Positions 54,811 through 64,000 of a DNA stretch of 64,000 nucleotides are shown here, piece after piece. Source of the DNA: Octopus sinensis (lineage: Eukaryota); NCBI RefSeq assembly GCF_006345805.1, contig NC_043009.1:1860001-1924000 (forward strand), written 5' to 3'. A program made the translations under genes and the position numbers. The notes beneath the pieces are model-generated. The model ran no database searches. It was not told the DNA's origin and saw only the letters and a list, made by a program, of their open reading frames with translations. The stretch's first letter is position 1, and every line of letters begins with the position of its first letter.

Positions 54811-55466
54811 TATTCATCACATGATCGATATTACTGATAACACTGTTTCGGTATCATCTTCAGATTTACACGCCGTTTGTGCTTTCTTATTATTCGCCAA
54901 TTCAACAAATATTTGCATGCGTAAACGGACAGAGACACAAACACACTAACTGATATATTGGCATACACACTCATACAATTCTATACGTACTAATACACAC
55001 ACACAGAGACAAACGGACACGCTCGTACATATACATACAAATGCAGACATAGCCACACTTAGACATCACACGACGCGTATACATACAACCAAATCGGTCA
55101 GTAGCAAATACAAACACACACTTATATACACGTAGACGGCCTGAGGCAAAAAAGAATTTCGATTCAACATTAATACTCTCAGATTGTCGTCCTGTCTAAG
55201 AAGTATTCACAATAAGTATTAATATCCGTCTGTTCCTTTGTATATCTGCCATATTTTCATACTTTCTCTCTCATCTTTTCTCTCATATTTTTGTGTCCGT
55301 TAGTGTCTGTCTTCAAAGTTTTCACCTTATCGTCTGCCTATTTATCTGAAGGTTTAAGTGTTTGTCTATCTAACCAGTTTGAAAATATTATTTTACGCTG
55401 GTTGCATTGATACACATTCACATAATAATGATGATGATGATGATCATCATAATAATAATAATAATG

Positions 55467-55563
<97 letters not shown>

Positions 55564-55949
55564 CAACAGCATTCAAACAATTTAAACATCTGTAGCAATT
55601 GTTACTGAATATACAGTTGTACATGTAGAATGTATTCTAATCTATCGAATTTATAGAACATCAGCGCCATCAAAATCTTCCTCCTCCTCCTCCTCATCAT
55701 CATCATCATCACCAAGATGTCATAGCGGTGGTAGTGGTGGTGGTGTTAATAATCTCCCTCGCCGCTGTCGTTGTCATTAGCACCATCATTCTATCCCTTT
55801 CTTAGCCCGCCTCTTCCACCACCCTGTCGCCGCAGTTGTCATCGTCCTATCCTTCCTCCTATTCCTCCAACATCTTCATTCGTCATCATTGCGCCTGTGC
55901 TGCAGATACTTCAGATATGTCAGTGGTACTACAAATTCCAGGGCAGCGG

Positions 55950-57151
55950 GATCGAAACCTGCCAACGATAACGAAACAATTTACACAGCTGAACCAATAT
56001 GCAAGGATAAAACAGATAATCCCATCTTCGTTTCGGAAAGAAGGGATAAGCTATGGACGTGTTTCCTCTTGATCGCTGTACCATAGTGTACCATCTCATG
56101 TAAGGGCGTAATTTGTGACTAACCTGGACCACGCTTCTGGGATTGGTCTAATTTTGGAACGGAAGGTTTTTTTTGCGTAAAAAAAGGGTTTAGTTGCTTG
56201 AAAAAGTGATAGTCGGTGGACGAAAGATCAGGAGTAGATAGCGTCTGCAGTGCCATCCTGGAAATGTGCGATCGAGGACTGACGCGAAGCAGAATTGAAC
56301 CTCATCGATCAACAAGTGCAAGTTTCATTTCGCGCAAGTGAACAAGCATTTCTTCCAGTTGCTTGCAGCAAACTTCCGATGTTTAAGGTTTCAGAAAGCT
56401 GTAATGGCTGGCACCAATATCAAACCACCAGGTAGTCATGATAATCTTCTGCTGATGCAGCTTCGGTTTCAGGAAATGTTTGAGCGCTTCATCACAATCA
56501 AGCCATTGACCCGATCGCTTACGATTGTTATAAAGGATCCACTTTGCCTCACAAGTCACTATTCAATCAAGAAATAAGTTATTAAGGTGTGTCAGAGACA
56601 GCATCGAACATGCCTCAAAACTCATTGAGGTAATGCGGGACCCATTTATCGAGATTTTTCCCGTTGCCGATTTTCTTTAGGCGATCTAATACTATTGAGA
56701 TACTAATACCAAATATATGAAACATTTCTCTGAGAATTTGTCATGGGTTTTGTTGACTATTGTTTTCAAATGATGACCATCAAGGGTTCATGGACGTCCT
56801 CTCAACCCCACTACAGAATCTCCCAAACGACCGTCGTACCATCCAATCACTAGTGGACCCTTCGTCCATATGCTCCGTTGATATTGGCAGCTGTTGGGAA
56901 GCATGATGTCCACACTTGAATTCATGTAAAAAAAAACAGTAAACGGATTTCTTCTTTTTTTGTTTGAAATTAAGGATTTTTATGCTTCAAAACTATATTC
57001 TGAGAGGAATTAATAAAATTTGTCAAAGAGTTCTCATCAATTATCAGGCATGTAAAATTTCGTCTAAAACACTCCAAAAATAACATCTTAGATCGAATTT
57101 GAAAAAATGTTCTCAAAAAATCGAACAGTATTTTCTGAACAACCGAATGTA
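55950..57151 (-). mobile_element. Near-full-length degenerate mariner transposon (pseudogenised transposase)
   Basis: Motifs LDKWVPHYLNE, IVTCEAKWILYNNRKRSGQWLD, KPKLHQQKII..WW and TPDLSSTDYHFFKQL, with stops and frameshifts; TIR-like sequence at 57121-57151. Confidence 0.9.
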
Positions 57152-57686
57152 TAAATGCGGATCAGATAAAACAGGGGACAACTGATGAGGGGAATGTCCC
57201 TTATGTTGCTTGTCTCGCTTCTCTCTTTGCTTCTTTCGTTGTTCTATGTTTTTTTATGTTCTCGTTTCTCTTTTTGTTCACGCTTTTTTGATGTCCTGTA
57301 CCCATATATGCATGTATATATACATATATATATATGTAGGTATGTACATATATGTATGAATATATGCATATACTTATATTCATATTATTATATATATTTA
57401 TATATAAAGTATATATGATAACTACTGAGGATAGCACTACTAATAACAATAATATCAAAACCACTTCGTTGGGAGCAGACTGGATAACTGGATGATGATA
57501 ATTCGCGTAGATTACCATCATCCAGACCCTACAGACATTTATGCATGTCCAAATGTTTATCCACTCATAAAAGAAATCACATTGTATGATAGCACCCGTT
57601 AGCCGGCACCCGCAGAAAAGCTTGGAAAGCACATTATTATGCATGTGCTTGTGTGTAGTGTATGTATATATATATATATATATATA

Positions 57687-57718
<32 letters not shown>

Positions 57719-58679
57719 TTAGGAATCTAGTTAAAAAGATCGTCGATGTTCAGTAGAATAGAACATAGATCGATAATATATGTACCGGAGCGCAATAAAT
57801 AAGTGCTGGGGTTGATATGATCGAACATTGTTGCCTAGCATGGCCGCAGTCCAACGCCCGAAACTAGAAAAACCCGTGCAAGTGCATGCATACGTACACC
57901 ATACATACATACATATATGTATGTATATGTATGCATACTATATACACATATATATATATGTAGACATATACATACATACATATATATATATATATATGTA
58001 GACATATACACACACACATATATATATACACACATATATACAGTCATACACACACAGACACACACACAGACACATACGTAATGTAATGGAAGAAGGAAGG
58101 GCTATCAGTTTCTCCTAGATTTATTTGCAAGCTTTTCTCCCAGACAGATGAAGTCAATGTGATTGATGTCCAGTCAGATCTTTTATAGGTCAATGGCCGT
58201 AGGTGTAGACTATCGGAAAATGATGCAATTCCGTTCATTAAGATTCCAGCGAACTGTTCAGTTTGCTTTATAGCCCCGAGACAACCATGATCAAGCAAAT
58301 CTATGATCAAAGTCGTTCCACCCATGATCATCCAGTTGTTTTTGGTTGCTTTTTTGACGTTGTATGTTTAGAAGTACTAATTATATTGCGCGTTCGTTTC
58401 GTTTCCTCTGAATCAATGATATTTCCTTTGATCTTAATATATAAATAAAATAAGCCGCTGCTTTAATCCTACATTGAAACCTAATCTGTGACGGCGTGTG
58501 GCCGCGTGGTAAATGCGTTCTGTTTATGATCATATGTTGGTAGGTTCAATTCCTGCACCAGGCAGGGCGTCGTGTCTTTCAGCATGACATTCCGTTACAC
58601 GTTGCTCTTGTCTACACAGCAGCAATGTATACAATCTGTTAGTGCAGCCATCTATTCTCCAAGCTGTGGCATCTTAGAA

Positions 58680-59050
58680 ATAATTATTAGGTAGAGATTT
58701 CGGGGATATTTTGCTTTTATTTCTAGCAGGTTGATCTCAAAGGGAAACCCATCTTTTGCATCAAAAGAAAATGTCAGACAAAGGGATGAAGTCGATTATT
58801 TCGACCCCAGTGCGTAACTGGTACTTAATTTATCGACTCCCCAAAGGATTAAAGGCAAAGTCAACCTCGGCAGAATTTGAACTCAGAACGTAACGGCAAA
58901 CGAATTACCGCTAAGCATTTCGCCCGGCGTGCTAACGTTTCTGCCAGTTCGCCGCCTTTCGATCTTCTTGTGGAAACAACGCTATAATATTTTATCTCAT
59001 GGAAGACGATAGGCTGTGGATTGAGGGATATTTGGCTGTTATTTCTTGCA
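58680..59050. repeat. Second locus of the ~140-bp unit, split by a SINE A (58778-58958, minus)
   Basis: Same motifs as 53871-54810. Confidence 0.75.
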
Positions 59051-59239
59051 GAATGAGAGGATCAGAAGTTATCCGTGTCGGCCGCAACTTCATAGACATT
59101 CCAAACAGTTAGGGAAAACATTTTGTTATGCTCACCCGGGGTAGGCAGATCTCTTTCTCCCCAGCTTTCACATCTTAAATTTTTCCCTGTTTCAATTGCG
59201 AGGAACCCAAGCGAGTGTCTTTATTTGCTCGCAATTACA

Positions 59240-59470
59240 TACGAGGGAGTGAGGGAAAGTTCCTGGCTTTGGGTAAAACAAAATACAGAAAGAATGATTT
59301 ATATTTTTATGATTTAATTATGATTTATATTTAACATATTCTCCTCTCAGATTCACACAAGTATTGCAGCAGTCCTTCAGTTTTTCTAAGCCCTGTAAAA
59401 GAACTCAGAAGCCTAGGCCTCCAACCAGGCCTTTCGTGATAACTTTAAAGTCAGCAACATTTCAGCATCT
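59240..59470 (-). mobile_element. 3' end of a second mariner family
   Basis: LQGLEKLKDCCNTCVNLRGEYVK C-terminus, then TIR TACGAGGGAGTGAGGGAAAGTTCCTGG. Confidence 0.75.
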
Positions 59471-59559
59471 CTTGTAGACCAAACATTTTGCCAAGAAATA
59501 CAGTCCTGTAATTGATAGCTGGTTGTACTGGCTGTACTGTAAATTGTAATCTGAGTGTC

Positions 59560-60260
59560 AGCAGGTCGTATTTCTGGGTTACATCGTTACTTGATTACCT
59601 GACAAATCAGGTGGATGGTTTGTGTCATCTAAATGGCGTTACGCGATGTCTGTAGTTAAGACGTTGGACTGGAGAGTGAACTCTCCGTTGCGTATACGAG
59701 TTATATAATCCTCCGGCGCGTGGACCTCCATCACCCCAAACTGCATTACCTTGGTGGCATGATCTAAATCTGCCCATATTTCTTTCAGAGCTCTTTCCTC
59801 CTGGGCGTGTGTTACTGCTTCTATACAACAAGTTTTAGCCGGCACACTGCGAAACATTTGGCTACCATTTCAAACACGTGGACAGTCTATCAAAAGGCTA
59901 CCGCATTGGCTTGCTACAAATATCACATATAGATACATCATCTTGACGGTAGATTTTATACATCACCTCTGTAAAAAATATTAGCTGAGATTGTTTATAA
60001 TCCTCTCTTGTGTCATATACTCTTTATTTTCTGTCACATATGAAAATAAATGGATCTGTTTTGAACATAGGACGAATAAGAATACAATAAATTTTATACA
60101 TAGAAAAACTATGACCATTTTCAGGGTTACGAAACCGGGCGGAGAAAGTGGGGATTTATTTTTAGACCAATGTTGAAGCCTTTGGAGCCGCCCCAGTTTT
60201 AAGCTATTTCCCGGGGATTCTGAAATCGATTTCATATTAGTCCAACTTCCGAGCATAGTC
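59560..60260 (-). pseudogene. Coding-like decayed segment of unknown origin
   Basis: Open MFRSVPAKTCCIEAVTHAQEERALKEIWADLDHATKVMQFGVMEVHAPEDYITRIRNGEFTLQSNVLTTDIA*. Upstream YRQDDVSICDICSKPMR* follows a strong acceptor ctaatattttttacag|. Confidence 0.3.
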
Positions 60261-60286
60261 TTCACCTGGTTACATATATTCTTGCT

Positions 60287-60332
<46 letters not shown>

Positions 60333-60409
60333 AACTACTACTACCACCACTACCACCACCATCACCACCACCACCACCACCACCACCGCCGCCGCCACTA
60401 CTACTACTA

Positions 60410-60478
<69 letters not shown>

Positions 60479-60817
60479 GACTACTACTACTACCTTCCGA
60501 TAATGAGAACACAAGTTCAAGTGAAGTAGGTGGAAATCTACACAGTTATACTTGAACTCACAAACGCAACGATGCAAAACCAAACGTTGAAAGACATTTT
60601 GTCCACCGTTTCACGATTCTGCCATTCCGACTGACCATGTGGCTTGTTCCATAAGCAGAAGGCCAGATTCTTAGAGAGCAAGGAGTAGCTGGCCGAATCA
60701 ACGGAAGCACTTGACTTCAACAGGAGGTTGAAAGGCGAATGAGACTCGGGAGAAATTGGGACTCAGAACGTAAAGCGTCAGAAGGAACAAATGTCTAGCA
60801 TTTTTCTGACTCACTTA

Positions 60818-60880
<63 letters not shown>

Positions 60881-60881
60881 T

Positions 60882-60964
<83 letters not shown>

Positions 60965-61026
60965 TTGATGATGATGATGATGATGATAATAATAATAATA
61001 ATAATGATAATAATAATAATAATAAT

Positions 61027-61060
61027 AGTGTCACTTCGATGGCATGCACTGATCTCTCAC

Positions 61061-61061
<1 letters not shown>
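61027..61061 (+). mobile_element. Extreme 3' tip of the ~550-bp element inside (AAT)n
   Basis: AGTGTCACTTCGATGGCATGCACTGATCTCTCACT matches 1522-1556. Confidence 0.75.
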
Positions 61062-61112
<51 letters not shown>

Positions 61113-61130
61113 TAATAATAATAATAATAA

Positions 61131-62069
61131 CCTAGCCCAAAGTAAGGAATCCTTCTTAGTGTCAGTTAGGAACGAGGGATGTAATGAAAGCAGAGAAAAA
61201 AGAAGAAAAAAACGATGGAAGAAGTACAAAAAGGATACGAAGAAGAATTACGCAACAAGGGAGAGCACAATCAATTCGATGTAGCCACAACAGAAGTTAC
61301 TGGAAAAATAGGTGGGATTGGCTGAAGAACAGAACACTAAAAAAGGAGACCGAGAACCCTATACTGGCAACTCAAGACGAAGCTTTGGCCACAAACACGA
61401 GGGTCAACCTTTGGAATGAGCAAGTGTCTTCACTATGACGCATCTGTAATAGAGTGGGTGAAACTATTGCCCTTATCACAAAGGAATGCCCTAGATTTGC
61501 CCAAAACCACTCACTATAAGTTGTGGCGACATGATCAGGTAGAGAAAGTGTTAGATTGGAAACTGTGCGAAAAGTGGAGGAGATAGTGAAGGAGTTGGAG
61601 ATTAACAAAATCTTCTGGGATTTCCCAATCCAAACAGATCAGGTACGAGAGCATGACTGACCGGACCTAGTGGTGGTGGACAAGGTGCACCACGTATGCT
61701 ATATAGTTGATGTTGCATGTCCCTTTGACGCACGAATAATCAAGAAGGATGGCGAAAAGATAGATAAATACAACCCCCTTATGTACGAAATAGCCCGGCT
61801 ATGGAAAATGAAGAAGGTGAAGATAACACCAGTTATTGTTAGGTCTTTGGGAACAGTATCAGAAGGGATCAAGAGGAACATAAAAGAAATTGGAATAGAG
61901 TGCCCAATAGAACTGATGCAAAAGGTTTGCCTCCTTGGCACGGCCAGAATAATCAGGAAAACATTAAATAGTTGAAAAGAACGGATAGCATGGTATCATA
62001 GGCGGCAGGTAGCAATCCCTCCACACATGCAAGACTCCGGGTGCTCTAACAAAACCTGTGATAAAAAAG

Positions 62070-62070
<1 letters not shown>
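61131..62070 (+). mobile_element. R4/Dong-type LINE 3' remnant #5 (zinc knuckle plus RLE domain)
   Basis: WDWLKNRTLKKETE..ATQDEAL, *RICNRVGETIA..ECP, ILWDFPIQTD, PDLVVVDK..CYIVDVACPFD and LMQKVCLLGTARIIRK; flanked by (AAT)n. Confidence 0.9.
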
Positions 62071-62126
<56 letters not shown>

Positions 62127-62128
<2 letters not shown>

Positions 62129-62670
62129 TTCACCATTCAAACTGACAGAAAGATAGATGCAAACAGGCCAGTCATCATATTGAAAGACTTCAGACAAAGA
62201 ACATGCCTCCTCATTGATATGACTGTCCCAATCGATATAAACGTATCTGTCAAGACCTACCAAAAACTGAGCAAATATAAAGATCTTGAAATAGAAATCA
62301 GCAAAATGTGGAACCTGAAGACTAAAACAATACCTGTTGTCATAGGTGCCCTGGGAATGATAGCAAAAGGGGCTGATTGCTACCTAACTCAGATACCAGG
62401 AAACCCCAAAATGGCAGAAATTCAAATGATAGTGCTCATGGGAACTGTTCATATCCTACGCAAAATACTCTCTATGTAATCTCAAGGTTTAAAACAAACT
62501 TTAAAAAAAAATTTATTTATTAGACATTCACTAGTACAACACAAAAAAACCCCCAAATATATTCCACACTAGGCATAACAACAACGTGAACTTCCAACCT
62601 GTTGTCTCTTGAGGTCTCTGGGTGAGACTTGGAGCCAACTTGTACAAACATAAAGCAAAAGTCAAACATA
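62127..62670 (+). mobile_element. R4/Dong-type LINE 3' remnant #6 (RLE domain, different family)
   Basis: FTIQTDRKIDANRPVIILKD..CLLIDMTVP..KLSKYKDLEIEISKMW..IPVVIGALG..ILRKILSM*; flanked by (AAT)n. Confidence 0.9.
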
Positions 62671-62713
62671 GAGAATAATAATAATAATAATAATATAATA
62701 ATATATAACAATA

Positions 62714-62784
<71 letters not shown>

Positions 62785-62809
62785 TAATAATAACAACAAC
62801 AACAATGGT

Positions 62810-63449
62810 TTCAAATGTTAGCATGAAGCCAGCAGTTTCAGTACTCATCTAGTACTTATTTTATCGACGTAGAAAGGAGGAAAAGCAAAGACGACCTCAC
62901 CGGAATTTGAACTCAGAGTGTGAAGACGGATGAAATACCGATAAGCATTTCGCCCGGCGTGCTACCGATTCTGCCAGGTCACCGCCTTAATAATATTAAT
63001 AACCCTTTCTACTAAAGGCACAAAGCCTGGAATTTGGGTAGTTGAGATAGTTGATTACATCGACTCCGAACTCAAATGGTACTTATTTTATCGACCCTGG
63101 TAGAATAAAAGATAAAGTCAACATTGGCGGAATTTGAGCTCAGAATGTAAGGACGGACGAAATGCTGTTAAGCGATTTGCCCAACGCTCTATCAATTCTG
63201 CCAGGTCGCCGCCTTAATAATAGTAATAATAATGGTTTGAAATTTTTACCACAAGGACAGCAATTTTTGGTATGAGGAGATGAGTCAATTACATCGAAAC
63301 CAGTATTTCACTGGTATTTAATTTATCGACCCTGGAAGGATGAGAGGCAAAGTCGAGCTCGGCAGAGTTTGAACTGAGAATGTAGCGACGGGCAAAATAC
63401 CGCTAAGCATTTCCTCCAGCGCGTTAACGATTCTGCCAGCTCGCCGCCT

Positions 63450-63508
<59 letters not shown>

Positions 63509-63727
63509 GTAATAATAATAATAATTCTTCGCAGGGTTCTTCAAGCATGACCAGTAAACAAGTGTCATCTTAGTCTGGTGGCTGTGGACAGCTGACACTT
63601 TCCATCATACCCAGCAAAATAAGCTGTGAATTTTCATATAATAATAATGGTGAAGATGATGATGATAATGATGTTGATGATGATGATGCTGATGATAATA
63701 AAATTAATAATGATAATAATAATAATA

Positions 63728-63784
<57 letters not shown>

Positions 63785-63985
63785 TGTTTTCAATGGCCAG
63801 AAGCTCAGCAATTACATCGAACCCAGTACTTGACAAGATACTTTATATTGTTGACCCCGAAAGGATGAAAAGCAAAAATTAACTCCAGCAGGATTTGAAC
63901 TCAGTGTGCAACTAAAGAGCCGTAACTAAATGCCGCAATGCATTTTGGTCCTATGACTTCACAGTTCTGCCAGCCCAGCAACAAC
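62810..63985 (-). mobile_element. Cluster of four SINE A copies separated by AAT/CTA tracts
   Basis: Reverse-complement A at about 62810-62990, 63000-63215, 63235-63450 and 63790-63985. Confidence 0.8.
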
Positions 63986-64000
63986 AACATCAAAAACAAC

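Noticed and set aside
58044-58331. 95-aa minus-strand ORF with a GTATGT donor
   Set aside because: No usable upstream acceptor in frame and no recognisable family.

Overview
AT-rich eukaryotic DNA that is very rich in microsatellites and mostly non-coding. It has one 100-N scaffold gap (5129-5228). The mix of tRNA-derived SINEs and (AAT)n/(TA)n/(CTAT)n tracts suggests an octopus genome (inference). I found no prokaryotic features, no CRISPR array, no rRNA or functional tRNA, and no gene I can name. Nearly all long ORFs in the track are translated microsatellites. Recognisable content: four tRNA-headed SINE families (my labels A-D) and many LINE 3' remnants (six R4/Dong-type pieces in (AAT)n, plus HERO-like, RTE-like and CR1-like pieces). 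There are also two mariner fossils, several MITE-like or Helentron-like elements, a ~550-bp non-coding element found only in (AAT)n, a ~140-bp minisatellite and a ~950-bp tandem duplication. The most interesting signal is a set of type I hammerhead ribozyme motifs in Penelope-like repeat ends. One is near-intact with an extended stem I (52.4 kb), and an inverted pair (10.2/10.5 kb) has the C3-G8 core pair replaced by A3-U8 or G3-U8. A few weak exon candidates and a frameshifted Thr-rich frame (27.6-28.9 kb) may belong to host genes. Repeat boundaries are approximate (about +/-10-20 bp). All alignments and folds were done by eye.
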